This document shows, piece by piece, positions 12,527-27,146 of a DNA stretch of 64,000 bases. The DNA is from Geosiphon pyriformis uo1 (lineage: Eukaryota > Fungi > Glomeromycota), in assembly GCA_016748015.1 (NCBI GenBank), contig JAAOMT010000607.1, forward strand, positions 744,001 to 808,000. Reading direction: 5' to 3'. The position numbers and the translations under genes are program-made. Each line of letters starts with the position of its first letter. Position 1 is the stretch's first letter. Under the pieces are notes generated by a model. That model saw nothing but the letters and a program-made list of their open reading frames with translations, was not told the origin of the DNA and ran no database searches.

Positions 12527-14880
12527 CTAATTTTGACATTTTGCATTATTGTGTCCTAAAAGACCACATCTACTACAAATGTATTTTGTACATGGTTTTC
12601 CTTTTTTTTTAGTAGCAGACTTATAATGTTTGGTTTTTGGGCATCTTTTATGTCATAATACTAATAAATTTTCAACTTGTTTAAGCTTATTTTCTTTATT
12701 GGCATCATTAACTTGATTGTTCTCCAGAATTTGGTCTTGATTTTGAAGCGTAGACACCACTTTTTTATGTTGGCCAATAAATTGTCTTAATTATATTATT
12801 ATCTTACTATGATTGTTATGTTTAATAGCAAGCTAAGCAGTTTGTCATGTAAGTTTCTACACTTTACCATATTTTTGTTTCTTTTATACTGCAAAGTATA
12901 AAACATTGATAATGGTCTTAGATACAGTTAAAAAATTTGGAATTACTATTTTATTAGAAAATTTTTTTGTAGTTTCTTGATTTGCAAAGCAAAAAACTTT
13001 AGTGATTAAATTATTGTCTCTTTTTTCATTAGTATATTATTGTAAGAGTATTATTTAAATGTAAAATTCCACAATTTTTGAATGTAGTATTACTTAAAAA
13101 TAATGATAACAAACAATACCACAAGATATATTAGACAAACATAAACAAAGATAAGAAACAAAATTAACAATTATAATAAAATATAAATGTTTGCTGTTTT
13201 TGGTCATAAGTTTGTAATCTTTCATACTTTTTTAATGTTTTTTTCATTGACTTTAACAACTATTAATATCAATAAAATTTGTTTTATATCATACAGATTT
13301 TTAATGAAATTATCTGTTATATTAGAATTAAAATTTTAAATATCAAAATATTGTTAAATAAATAACTTGAAAAAATACATTAGAAAATAAATTTTTTTAT
13401 CTTATTATAAGTATTAATATTTAATAATAATTGATTTACAATAAAATATAAATATTGTGTTATTTATAAATATTTCATAAATAAAATATAAAACATAAAA
13501 TATTAAGTTATTTGTTTATTAACTTTAAAAAAAAGATTATAGCCAACTGATATGATTTTTATACAAGATAAAAGTATATAATATTCAAAAAAACAATTTT
13601 ATTTTGTTTTATTTTTAAGTTTTGTGTCTAATATACCAGCAAAATTACACAAACTGCTATTTCTTAAAAACATGTGTTTAATAATATTGTTGAAATCTTC
13701 AATATAAAAGGTAGTTTGAGTTCCTACAGTAAATATTTTTAATGTAAATATACAAGTCTATGCTTGTCAACTAAAATAAAAAGCTTTTATTAAATAATTT
13801 TTAGTATTAATATATGTTTTAATAAGTTGTAATTATTGTTTATAGAAATTTTTTTTATATAAATTATTGCAACATAAAAAAAAATTATAAACAAAGCTTT
13901 CATATTAATCATAAAGCTTTAACTTGAAATTTTTAGTAAGTTTTTATTAATGTAAAAAATACAATAAATTTGATAAGTTGTTTTATATACTTAAACAACT
14001 ATTGTATCTGTTACAGAATCAACATCAGTAATAAACACTAATAATTCTATTATTGTTGTTTTTTTTGTGTATTCTAGAATTTATTTATATGATTTAACAG
14101 TTTTATCTAATACAAAAGTTTGTGCAATAAAGTAAAATTTTGTGCTATTGTCTATAATAAAAAAAAAGTAATATCTAATAGCAGTTGGTCTTTGCTATAT
14201 TGTTATTTAAAACAATATTATGATACTTTAACCAAAGAACAACTTGTACAAAAAACATTTAAAATATACAAATAAGTTAATTTTTATTAATTTCAAATTC
14301 TACAATTTATTTAGGATCATTTAATTTGTGATTTATAAAGATTATTAACAAACAGAATATATTGTGCTTTTTATTATTATGAACTTTAAATCTTTGTATT
14401 GCATTTATAAGATTACAATTGAGAATAAATGTAATTGGAAAATTTCATTTTTAATAATTTTTTTTAGATAATAATTGATAGATTTATACATTCCATAAAA
14501 AATCAGATCTTTTAAAAAATATTATCTAAAATTTTTCAATACATCAAAACATATTTTCTAGTATTGGGATATAATAAATAATTGTGTATATTGTTAAAAA
14601 TAGTAAGAATTATTTTGCATAAGTTTTTGATATAGTTGATATTGACATGCCAACTATATTTTTGATATTTTAATTTGGTGTTCTGATAATTTTAAATGTT
14701 GATCTTTTTTTTTGGTCTATATTGGCCAGCAAATTTACATTCAAAAGTGCAATATTTAATACTATTATCTAAATATCATTCTAATTTCTTTTGAATGACT
14801 CCAAATTTTTGTTGTTTACTATATATTTTTATAATTATATTGATATCTTTTTATGTTTTAAAAGCATAGTTAATACAAAA
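12527..14880 (-). mobile_element. Heavily decayed Mutator (MULE)/FAR1-type DNA transposase relic
   Basis: Minus-strand remnants in the expected order: FAR1-like YSKQQKFGVI...TFECKFAGQYRPKK; WLKYHNIVLNNNIAKTN (D..T.KTN); VFITDVDSVTD...IYCIFYI (TD.D...CxxH); IFTVGTQTTFYIEDFNNII (F.AG..T..R.E..N); and C-terminal knuckle YICSRCGLLGHNNAKC. TIRs not identified. Confidence 0.75.
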
Positions 14881-15889
14881 TTTTATAGTTAAATAAATAT
14901 AAAAAAATTTAATACTATTACTTAAATAAAAAAACCAATCTAAAAGATATTAAAAAAACGTGATTAAGAAATATAATAATTTAGAAAAATGTAATAATAC
15001 AGAATAATATGTTGTTATAATTTAAAAATTTAGCAAAAAAATCATAAATTAATATAAATTATCTAATCATAATATAGCACAGTAATAATTCTAAAAAAAC
15101 AATAATTAACATAGTAATAAATACTATCTCATGATAATGGCAAGCACCAGTTTACAATAGCAGTCAACACCAACTAATAATAATAGCAAATACCAAATTG
15201 AGATACCAAAAAAAAAGTATTACAATATGTTTTCTTATAGAACTATAAACATATATATATACAATAGTTTTAATATTGAAAAAAACAACAAGTCATAAAA
15301 CAAATTATAAAAACAAGTTATCAAACAATTCATTTAACAGTTCTATTTTAATTATTTTTTAGTCTTTATTTTTAAATAAATATCTACAAAAATCTTTAAT
15401 CAAAAAAAAATAAAAAAATATTGAAAACTAAATGATTACAACCCAAAGTAATAAAAAACTTATTTGTATTATTTATTGAATGAAACTATCATTTATCAGC
15501 TGAATCTTTTAAAAGAATAATCTCTGATCAAAATTATTCATATTGTTACTAATTAATAAAAGCTTTATTATGAAAATTAAAAAAAGCACTAAAGGCCATT
15601 AATATTCTATGTTTTTAAATTAAAAAAATACATTAGACAATTACAAAGATTGTCTCAAAGAAAATCTCAGACAGCAGATAGATTTCAGTTTAGTCTCTAG
15701 AAAGGAGTATATAAAAACACACAACATTAGAAATTGAGAAATAACTTATATTATAACATTAAAAAAAAAGTCTTTAGTATAACAGTAATATTATTACACA
15801 AATAAAATTGAGAAATTCACAAAAAACTGATTGCAATTAAATAGAATATTGGCAATTAAATATACTAAGAAAACCATTTTATAATAATA

Positions 15890-16811
15890 TTATAACTTAA
15901 GATAATATAAGTTAACACAGAATAATATAAAATAGCATAGAATAACTAGCTGTAATATAAAATAACTAGTTATAATGTAAAAAAATAAAGCAACAACATA
16001 AATAGTAAGTAATAGCTGATAAAAACAAGTAATCAAAAGCAATCTTATAAAATTAGAGATATATATAAAAATGAATAGTTTTAGTAGAATAAAAAAAAAC
16101 AGACAGAAAAACAAGATAGAAAATATTTTTTTTTATTTATATTTATTAGATTTATCTTATTTATATATCTATATTATTTTAAATAAAAAAAATATTCAAA
16201 ACTCCAAACTTATTTATACATAATTCATGAATTCCATGTTTAAAACTGAATTAATTATTTTTCTATTTTTGTTTTCAGTCAAATATTTTTAGTATAAAAC
16301 ACTTCAAACAATAATGACTTAGACCAATTGTTCTTAATCATAACAATTAATAATACTAATTTATTTTATTTTATTTTATTTTATTTTATTTTTATTTTTA
16401 TTTTATTTTTTTCTTTTTTTCTTTTTTATTCTCTTGTAAAATAATAACATTGTAAAATCAACTGTCTGAAAATAAACTTCATAATAGTTTGGTAAAAAAA
16501 AAGCTCTTTCTAAAATTAAATATTAATATTATCTTGTTAGCTTATCAGAAAAGCAAAAAAACACTATTAGATCTTAGTAATTATGCTTAATTAACTTGGA
16601 GAAAATAGTTTATATACTTAAGCTGTGAACAGCCAAACACTTTTTTGTACTTTATAACCAAAAACCTCTACAGGTAAAATTAACAAAAATCTTTAAAAAC
16701 TAATATCAACAACTTATTTTAAGTATTTAGAATAGAGATTTTCAAGCTTTTTATTATCAAAATTTAGAGCACCAAACATTATTACTTTAATTACTAAGTT
16801 TACCTGTAACA
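15890..16811 (+). mobile_element. Degenerate LTR, family B-like (5' boundary approximate)
   Basis: Co-linear similarity to the LTR at 55523-56607: ATAAC decamer repeats, pyrimidine tract, aaatcaactgtctg...cttgttagctta block, gagcaccaaa arm. Ends in CCTGTAACA at 16811. Confidence 0.6.
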
Positions 16812-17724
16812 ATGCTAAATATGTTTGAAATTATAACCAAAAATCTTATTTTTATTTATAAGTACTTGGTTACTTAATTGAAATAAGTTTTTACGAATGT
16901 AATTTTAAAGTTAATTGGTCAGTTTTATATTAAAAATAAGTTTTAAATTAGAATAAAAATAATTTTAATTTTTTAATACATGGTTTTTTACTAGACATAT
17001 ATACATATTCTTCTCTAAAAACAAACTGGTTATTTCTTTTTGTCTTGTGTTTACACTAAAATATTAACTTTAATATAATATATAATATATAGGATGTTAT
17101 ATTTAAAATTGCCATTATATTAATAACTACAATATTAATTGATACATTTAAGTAAATATTATTTAAAATAGTTTAAAAAGTCAAACTTTGCATAATTTGT
17201 TGTTTTATATACTTTAGAATCTATAATTTATATCTAATAAACAAATTTCTATGTTTATATTTATAATATACAAGTTTTTTTTGTGACTTAAATACTGTTT
17301 AAAACAAAAAAAAACTTCTTGTTATACAAAAATAAAAACAGTTACACCAAAAATTTTGATATGTTTTTGTATTACAATATACAAATGGCACGTATCAAAT
17401 TCAAAAACTATGTAATATAATATATGTAATTTATTTTTAATTAATAAAAATAATTAATATTACATAATTTAAAACAGATTGATGAAACAAATAAAGTCAT
17501 GTATTACAATATTAAATTACGTGCTTTCCTGAGATTGTTATTAATTTTTTTGTACAAATCTATTAATTCTTTAAAAAATATACAATTTTTTTTTTTTTTT
17601 TTATTCATTTAATGAGTGAGGTCCAAACACTACTTAGAATTATACATCAATAAAATGATCTAAACTAAGCATGAATCATGCATTTTCTACATGTGACCAG
17701 TCACTTGAGCCAATCAGGACAACA

Positions 17725-20700
17725 CTACATACTTATATTAACAGAAACTGGATTACTAATATCTGAAAAAAATGAACAAGACTTGCAAAAACCAAAATAG
17801 ACACCAAAAGCTTTAGCAATACCAAGTAATTTAATCACACCAGCCGAGAATTCCGAAACCAAACCAGAGACTAAGATAAGAATCAAGCCATCTACAAGAA
17901 TCAGGCCATTTTTTTCCATAAATGCACAATGCTTAGCATAGACCAACCAAATATCATTCTTGAAGACAAGACAAATAGATTACACAAAATCAAAAACTCT
18001 AACACCAGCAACTTTGGGATTATGGAAGATGGAAATAGTCTTCTAAAGCCAACTATTGAAAACAAAACCCTTGTAAAAAGCTGAGAAAACTGGGAAATTC
18101 AAAGCACAGGTCGACAGTAGCTACAACACACCCAAAAAAAAAAGGGAGAGACCAGAAAACACCCTCTAAGAAAACATACAAGATTCCAAGACCTGACAAC
18201 GAGCTGAATCATTAACTACACAAAAAAACACGTGGTTAGATACTTCCATCTTACCACAATACAAACACAAAACACTAAGATAACATTTGTTGTAAATGTG
18301 CTTCCAAACAGCTACAGGAAACTGACAGTACAAAGTCTTCATGAGGTAAGTTTGAGTATTAGCAGTTAGCCTGCTGGTAAAACCAGTAGTCATATGCAAA
18401 TCAGGGTGCCAAACTCTGGAAAAACAAAGCCAATTGACATCTGAACACAAATCACAATCTAAAAATCTAAAACCAGATCCAACCTCCCAATGTGTTCGAC
18501 AAACAGCATAAAAAACATCATGAACAAAGTGCCTAGAATTACCAGATACAACACCACCATCTGCCAATAAAAAATGTTCATCAACACAAGGAAGAAGATA
18601 CCAACCAGAAAGAGACACAGTATTAGCGAGGCTATCAGCATAATTATTCCCTGAGATATCAGAGTGGCTCTTAACCTTGTACTATTTAATTCTCAAATTC
18701 TTACTGCAAATAACATTTCTGATATGCTAATGCTTGACCCAATACTGATTGTGAAAATCAGAATACACTAAGTCAGACTCCAATTTGCAAGCATCCAAAG
18801 CTGTCTGACTATCCAAAAACAGATAGACAGAATGAGCCACAGACACATACTCTAGAGCCAACACAATAGCCTGCAGCTCCACTAAAGTGAATAACATTAA
18901 GCCCTGAATACCGACACCTAAACCCAAATTAATGTTTTCAAAAAAGGCAGCAGCTTCAGCTCTACAACCAATTGTGTCCAAATTTTTTACTGAACCATCC
19001 ATGTACACAGACAAGCTATCAGTGTCAACCTGAGAAAGATAATCACAGACAAATACAAAATCATTAGAACCATGAATGTTCAAAGGGCCAACACCAGCCA
19101 ATGCTGAGAGAAAAGAACAAGAAGCCACAAGAAAAGCAACAGAAATATTGAACCAATCAGGAACTGGACCACGAGAGTCCAGCCTCTTCTACTTCTTAAA
19201 GATGTGCCAACTAAAGACACTACCAGAACAACCACAAAGCTGGTCCATAAAAACAATGCTATACTACTGGAGAGAAGGTAAAACCTTATAAAACAGAGAC
19301 TTACCAAGAACAACAGACATAGGTACTCTACCATGAAACCAGAAAGAGCTGGCCAAAAAGCCATCCAAAGATAACCTGCAGTTGAAAAAAATGTGAGCCA
19401 TACCAGCTAAAAAATTATTTGAAACATTGACACGAATACGAGCAGAAGAGACCAACAGGTGGATAAATCATCAATACTGAACCTGTAAGTCATAAGATCT
19501 GTAACTGAACAAGTGTCCCAAAATCCCACTAGAGTTTGCAAAACTAATAAGCAAAGCAATTTTACTCTCAGATTGACACTGCGAAAAAGACTTCAAACTA
19601 TAAAAGAAGGGGTGGTGAATTGTATCACTAAGAAAGTTCAGTAGAAGACCAGATTTTAGCTTCAAGCTCTTGCAGATTAAAGCATCCCATTTGTTGCACA
19701 CACCAACAGAAATAAAGCTAAACTGTATCTTATAGCTTACAATAGGGTGGAGAACTACTGAAACCAAATACAAGAACTGTTTATTCAAGACAGCTTTTTT
19801 CAACACCAAATTAGTGAAAAAACAAACATCTGAATATGCTCTCACCAAACTAAACTTGGAAAGACCCTCTGTTGAAAAAAAAATACCCAAGTATCTATAA
19901 GACTCTCCTTTTTTGGTGATTGAAATAGGCAGACCACTGATAGTGAGAGAAGAATTGCTGACTCTGCTGTTAATAGGAATCACCACTGTTTTGTTGTTGT
20001 TAATTGAGATATCATTGATCTGAAAAAATTCACTGGCAATATTGAGAATATGTTGAGTAGCACTTTGACTGCTACCAACCCAAATCATATCATCAACAAA
20101 AATGCCAGCAGCAAAAAAAGAAGAATGCTTAGCACAAGACTTGACATGACCATTCTTGGAAATAAAATGAGAATTCAGCCTATATCCACATACACTCTCC
20201 TGGTGCTTGACCTTACACAACAAAAGGTCATAAAATATTTGCCACAAAAGAGGAGAAAAAACCTCTTCTTAATCCAGGCCATCATGTATACAATAACCAT
20301 TTGTCAAACCAAAATCAGTCATAACCCAGTTGGTATGATCATTGTGAATGTTGCCAAAAAAATGAATAAATTTGCTACACATCTTAATTCTGACCAAACT
20401 ATTTTTGAGATGTTCCCAGCCAACTGAATTATATGCTTTCCACATATTCTGCAGAACCAGCCAGAGTTCTCGGTCCTTTTCCAAAGCATCTTCAACCACC
20501 AAACCAATTGCAAAAATAGAAGACTGAGTTGTTGTACCCTTTAAAACCAAGAAATTGTCCCCATGAAGGATATCAAAAGCACTACATGCCAAGGAGATTC
20601 TGTCAGAAAGAATCTTAGAAAGAATTTTACGAGCTGTTTCAATCAAAGCAATAAGATGAGTATTGGTTAAGACACTCTTTCACTCATATGATTTGGAAAT

Positions 20701-22403
20701 CATTAAGACCCAGGCCTTTTTCCAAGGGCCAGGCACTAATTCATCAGACAGACAAAGGTTCAAAATCACTAAAAGCATATCCAGAACAGACTTATTGCAA
20801 TGTTTCCAAAGTTCATTCGAGATACCAGACAAACCAGCAGCTTTGTCATCAAGCAAGTCAGAAACCACCTCAAAGAATTCATCAAAACCAATTGGGCACA
20901 TAACACCAGAAAAAGCCTCATCAAAAACATATTTCAAAGATTGATATTGATGGCGCCAATCAATTGAGATATCATTAGCAACATGACACTTCCTGGTCTA
21001 TCCTTTCATAATTACATTCACCTTAGACTTAACCAAATCAGGCTCCAAAATCAGATCATCATTAACCACCAGATGGTCTAGTACTACTTTATGGAAAGGA
21101 CACTCCAGTATACTCCTGATTATATGACCCTTGTTGACTTTGAAGCTCTCCATTCTCCTATTAATAACAGACTTGATGTTAGCTTTCTTAGCTCTCAGAG
21201 ATTCAGCAAGTTTGGAAGCACAGTAAGACTTTTTAACACCAAAAAGAGCAAAACAAATACAATCAGAACTAGCTTCAGAGTCTATCAGATTTTGAACAAC
21301 AGAAAACTTGACATTGTCCACAGAACTCCAACATTTCATAAGATAAACAAAGTGTCCAGCATCTTCCCACATAAAGCCTTGACAATCCTAGAAACCAAAA
21401 GCTCTAATTTATGAAACTTTGAAGAATCCTTAGTGAAAACTTCATCAAACTCTTTGAATTACTTTTTTTCGAAAATTTTGTTAGCCAAAAGAGTCATAAT
21501 TTTGCACACAACACACCACATAGCGTCCAAATCCAAAAACCTCACAGATACAGCGAATTCACCTGAGAACATTACAGTATTTGCCAGCATAGAATGTTTA
21601 AAATTATTCCATTTGATCTCATCAGCACCCTTAAAATTGAACTTCCATCGATCCTTATTTGTTTGTTTGCGAAGAGAGTTTAATCTTGTATCTAGAAGGC
21701 CACCCAAACCCAAAGACACAGAAACAGCTCTGTGATCTGTGTCAAAATACTCACTAACAACAAAAACACCACACTGCATTATTGCATTCACCAGATTTGA
21801 GGAAACAAACACATAATTAATCATTTTTGAAACACCCCGAGAATTGCTTCAAGTTGACGCCTTAGCAAAGGAGCTCTCACCTAAAGAATTAACCAAACCC
21901 AAGTCATAGCACCATTTAAAACTAGCACATTTATGAGAGCCATCTTTGTTGAAATTACCACCAAGAATGACAAAAGAAGATTCATTTACAGCCCTTGCAA
22001 TCAAGGAATTGATCTCATCAGCTTGGGAAAATTGAGTAGCCAAGAAGGCACCAGTATACAGATCCAGAATTGAAACCGAAAGTTTGTTTTTGAAAAGTAA
22101 TCTAATACAGAGAAGACAATCTGGAATCTCAGAAATCTTATATACATGTCTGACCAAAGATCTGTTCATAACAATTGTGACACCAGCACCTACATAGCCA
22201 GAGTCCAAACCAGAAGAAAATACACAAACATCATTAAATTTGTTGACCAACCAAAGGCAAGCCTTATTTTTTAACTTTGTCTCTGTGAAAATCGAAACCA
22301 AATTGTCCATATCTTTATGTCATCAAACAATATTATCCTGTTTCGCAGGATTGTTCATGCTCCTTACATTACATGTGACAACTTTCCAAACCAAAACACT
22401 CAT
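17725..22403 (-). pseudogene. LINE ORF2: AP endonuclease, reverse transcriptase, RNase H, C-terminal Cys/His knuckle
   Basis: APE: VTCNVRS, IFTETKL, ILGGNFN, INYVFVS, TDHRAV. RT: KAAGLSGISNE, IALIETARKILSKIL, LQNMWKAYNSV, FSPLLWQIFYD, FVDD, YRYLGIF. RNase H: VYMDGS, ELQAIVLALE, FLDSQ, KVKSHS..GN..AD. Knuckle: CLYC...HVFFC. Many premature stops. Confidence 0.9.
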
Positions 22404-24347
22404 TGAGAAATAGAGGCAGCCAACAAACCCAAACCTGAGCACAAATGATCCAATTTTTCCAAAACAGATTCAACCAAAACTTCCAAAGCCACCATTTTGG
22501 ATTCTAAACCACCAATTTTGGTAGTCAAAACTTTAAAACTACTTGGACTGATGACAGGAGCTGTATTACTAATAACAAGAGGAGTGAGATTGGAAATCAT
22601 CGAGACACTATCTAAAACCATATTTGAATTTAAGCCTAAAACTGCAGACACCAGAACTACTGTAAGAGAAGCATTAGATGTAGTTGCCATAGGCACCAGT
22701 TTCATGGAATTCAATTTTTCCAAAATACCAGACACCTGGTCAGCCAAAAGTTCCATAGAACGTTCCAAAGAAGCCAAACAATCATACATGCTATGATCAC
22801 CAGGCAAAGTAGAAGTAAATAAAAAGGTCTCAGCAACAAGAGACAGACCAGCACCAAAAAGAATTGAAGGATACACTCGAGAAAAGAAACCACCAGCTAC
22901 TTAAGTCCAAGTTTTACCACCAAAAGAAATCAGATGAGCAATAAGAGCTTGTTTTCTCTTATAAATACCAGCCAAACAGACCCGATCTTGATCAGTCACC
23001 ACTTACTTCCCACGAATTTTAGAATTCCCACCAACTAAACATACATTAAAAATATGACCAAATTGTTTACACTTGGCACAACAGACCAAAGAAAGACCAG
23101 CCCAGTACAAATTCACACCTCTATAAACCAGAACAAAACCAATAACAGCCAATTTGGATGCCTCATTATTAAAACAGACTACTGCACATCTATTATGAGC
23201 ATATGAACTAAAATTATAACCAATAAAGCAAGTTTTCTCACCATAAAAAGTCACTAAATCTAACAAATCATGAGCTGTTGTACCAACTGGAAGAGTATAA
23301 AGCAACGTCCGATAATGATCTCTGGCCACTTATGACTCCTTGTCATATAATGCCAAAGCAACATGAACAGAATTTTTACTCACAAGAACCAACCATTTAG
23401 AAGCAACCAGGCTAGCCACAGTTGATGACTCAAATTCTACTAAAGCTTTTTGCCACAGGCCAATCAATTGCATCCTAATCAAAATCACTTAACCAAACTT
23501 AGAAAATACTGATTCAATTGCTAATCTGAAAAGATCCACTGGAATCTCCTTGACTATTACTTCCTAATTTGAATAGATGTTTGGTTTCCTAACATTAATA
23601 TTTACCAAAATTTTTTTACTAATTACCAATTCCTTAGCCTTCTTTAAACTCAATTCAGATATAAAAGAGGATCTAATGATCCCAGAAAATTTTGAGAAAG
23701 TTGACGCCCCCCCCAAAACCATCAATTCAATAGAAAATTTTTTTGAGTGCAATTAACTTATTACTATTTGTTTTTCCAGGCACAGCAGACAACTCAACAT
23801 TCAATGCAAACAATTTGACTGGCTTGAAGCTACATTTTTTTATGACATATGATCTGGCAAGTGGCAGCTGATTGAAACTAACAAACTTTGGAGAAAAAAG
23901 ACCAAGCACACTCTCATCATTGTTCATAGTGTCAAATGTTAGAGCCTTTAGAGAGTTGCCCAAAATGTACATTTGGGTGGGAGTTTTTTTCAGCGTAGCA
24001 TTATTTATATCGTCATCTTCACTTGACTCAACATAGCTCATTTCCTTGGCAATTGTGTTCGCCATATTCTCAACATCTGAGAGACCACTTACACTGCTAG
24101 CAACACTTCCAACCTCGCTTCTCTAGAATACTATAGGCCTATCATCAGAAACACCAATATTTTCTAAAGCCAGAGAGCCAATAGACAAATTGACCAAAAC
24201 ACTACCAGCTTCAGGTTTTTTCAGCTTTTTATATGATGCAACATAAGAGTAAACACTTTTCACATGCTTCTTCTTAGTATTTGGGTGGGTCCCCAAACCA
24301 GTTGAACTCTAAACAGAGCCACCAGCAAAAGAGCCTACCAGTTCTAT
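22400..24347 (-). pseudogene. LINE ORF1 (RNA-binding protein with CCHC knuckle and coiled coil)
   Basis: Fragments with LLYTLPVGTTAHDL, knuckle CAKCKQFGHIFNVC and coiled coil LTTKIGGLESKMVALE. The start codon appears decayed to ATA at 24347. Confidence 0.8.
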
Positions 24348-25494
24348 GTCAACAAAGACAGGTAAATTAGAAGAAATAATTATGAAAAGGTAAAAGAAAA
24401 AGAAAAAAAAAGTAAGTTATATTTCCAATAAATCTTCGCTCTCGTTGTGATCAGGGGATCAATGAGAGAAAAAACCAATTTTGTTTTTACAAAAAAATCA
24501 GTTATAAAAAATAATAAAAATAAAGCAACAATCTTATTAGCAAACTTATTTGTATATTTATTTTTAAGAATTAAAATAGTTTTTAATTTTAAATTAAATA
24601 ATCTTTAAATATTTTATATTTATAATGTTTTTTATATGTTTTTTTTCAATTAACAATAATTATAAAAGACAAATAACAATAAAAACTTTTTAAAAGTTTA
24701 AGCATCTAAAATAGTCTAACTATTTAAGCTTATTAAAATTTTACTAAAAAATAAAACATACTTTAATATTAAAATAATAGTCTATAATTTAATTAATATA
24801 AACAAAATCAAATTTTTTATCTTAATTTTAATATTCAAACCTAAATTAGTAAAAAATACAAAAACACTATTTAATATCTTAAAAATATTTAAATTTTTTG
24901 GAAAATTATGAGTAATATATATTAATAATATTTAATTTTACTTCTTTTAAACACTTACAAATTACACAAAATTATTTAAAATAGATATATTATATTAATA
25001 AAAACTATAAAATAAAATTATATTAATACTATATAATTTATTTTTATTTAAAATTTAATTAAACTAAGTTAATATAAAACTTTTAAGATTAAGTTTTTTT
25101 TAATATTAAAAACATTTTTAATTAAAACAATATTATTTTTTATTTAATAATTGCTTAATAAAAGTCATTTTAAATTTTTTTAATAAATAAATTATATTGT
25201 AAAAAAAAAACTTTCCAAAATAATTAATATTAATATATTATTAATAAAATAAAATATATTTAACAAATTGTTTATAAGAACTAAATTATAATTCAAAATT
25301 TTTTTAATAATTCTAATTAAAAATTGTTTTTAAATTAACTTTTAATTTTATTGAAAATTATAATAAATTACAAAAATTTAATTTATCATATAAAATAAAT
25401 ATAAATATAAACTAATTTATAACTTAAAAAATAATATTATAAAAAACAAAATTTTAATATTTTTTACATGATAATTATTATTAATAAACTATAT

Positions 25495-26183
25495 AAACTT
25501 CTTTCTCTTTTATATTTTAAAATTTCCCAAAAAGCTTATTTTTAAAAAAAAAGTTTTTTTATTTTTATTTCAATATTTCTCAAAAACTTAATCTCTTTAT
25601 TGTTGAATTAGCTGCCATTATGAGTAATTTTTTAGTTAAGAAAAGATCTGTTAGAGTTTTGGCTTTAGATTTTGTTAATAAAAGTTTGGCTTAAAAACAA
25701 AGAACTTCACTTGACAAGATTAAACATTTTAGTAATAAAGCAGATTTAAGTTTTGATGAGTCAGAACACATTGTTGATTAGTTTAGTGAAATAGAAACAG
25801 ATAATAATACTTCTGAGTTAATTTATTCAAGTAGTAATACTGGCTATAAAATTGGTAGTGAAGATAAAAAAATGTTCAATTCTAAGACAAATACTCTTAA
25901 GACAAAGTGAATTAATACTAATACTGTTTTTGGTTTTCCAATCAGTTCTTTCAATTTTGACATGAATGAAAATAAAGTTTTTCTTCCCTTTTACTTACTT
26001 ATCTTCTAGATAAAAAGTAAATTGACTTAAAAATTACCAAAACTTAAGTAAAGATATTTGTCAAGAAATTTTTTGCTTTGGACATTAATCTTTCAGCAGT
26101 AGATAGCAAATTGACTACAGCAAAGACTTAGCTTATTAAGAATTTTTTTTCAACTATCAATGATTTTAGAAGGATTATTACTC
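25495..26183 (+). mobile_element. LINE 5' end (5' UTR and start of ORF1), interrupted by LTR element A
   Basis: Similar to 54658-55522 (5' UTR ttctttctc...aagtttttt; KKFFALDINLSAV motif). Cut off at TGTTAC 26184. Confidence 0.75.
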
Positions 26184-27127
26184 TGTTACTTAAAGAAAGA
26201 AAGCTGATCAAAGAAAGAAGGAAAAATGTGATCTAAAAAAATATGACAAAATATGAAAAAACACAGAATAATATGCAATAATATTAGATAATACATTATA
26301 ACATAGGATAACATGTTATAATACAAGATAACACAGAATAATGTATTATAATATAGAATAACATATTATAATGCAAGATAACACAGAATAACGTGTAATA
26401 ATATTAGATAACATATTATAACATAGGATAATTAGCTATAACATAAAAAAACGAAGTAATAGCTAGCAAGAACAGACAATTCAAAACAATTCTGTAAAAC
26501 TAGAAAATATGTATATATAGCAATAGCATTAAAAGCAGAAAAAAGAGAATTCCTAGACAGAAATTCATTAATTATCATTCCTAATTAGAAACATATTATT
26601 CCAAAATATCAATAAATATACTTATTCAGCATCTTAAATCTAATTGCTCACTATCAGCTCTAAATGTTGATAGTAATTAATACTTAAATTACATGAGAAC
26701 AATAGCTCTTATTCACAGCTATTAATGTGATATTAACTTGCATTGTTTTGGCTTAATTTTTTTTATTTATTTTTTTATTTTGTTGTATCTTATTGGTGGT
26801 TTACTAAACTTTTAAGGATTAAGCACTGAGTTATTGACGTCAAAAATTGCCTGGTAAAAGATCTCTGCAAGTGGATAAAATGTGTAAGAATTATAGATTG
26901 CTTATCAGAGAATTGCTGGCCACCAAGCTGAGAAAAAAATTGACAAAATTGTGATTCTGAGAAGCTACAGATAAAATAACATAGAAATTTCTGTCTATTA
27001 TACAAAAGATTTAATCAAAAATCTTTAGAACACAAAAATCTTCAGATTACTACCATCCTATATCCATTGAGCACCAAGTTACAGATTTGTTATTTACTCC
27101 AACTATCTGAAATAATCATCTGTAATA
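26184..27127 (+). repeat. 5' LTR of element A
   Basis: Starts TGTTAC and ends TGTAATA (decayed TGTAACA); followed by the PBS; co-linear with 52331-53276. Confidence 0.9.
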
Positions 27128-27146
27128 TTTGGTGCTTTTTGTAAGG
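27128..27146 (+). promoter_or_regulatory. Primer-binding site (decayed TT-TGGTGCTCTCTGTGAGG), probably tRNA-Met(elongator) or tRNA-Ile(UAU) type
   Basis: tttggtgctttttgtaagg directly after the LTR. Related motifs at 34409, 56608, 58464 and 42907 (minus strand). The tRNA identity is inferred from known 3' ends (...GAGCA-CCA). Confidence 0.7.

Larger units (their letters stand above)
17586..24470 (-). mobile_element. Near full-length LINE (non-LTR retrotransposon) with ORF1, APE-RT-RNase H ORF2 and poly(A) tail; inactivated
   Basis: Poly(T) at 17586-17602 is the poly(A) tail. ORF1 and ORF2 domains lie in canonical order. 5' end approximate; no TSD resolved. Confidence 0.9.

Noticed and set aside
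15000-15880. Third ORF3 homolog upstream of the decayed B-like LTR
   Set aside because: The position fits, but the sequence is too eroded to align with confidence by eye.
26265-26445. CRISPR-like repeat arrays
   Set aside because: These are degenerate tandem units without unique spacers, lie inside LTRs in a eukaryotic context, and have no cas genes nearby.
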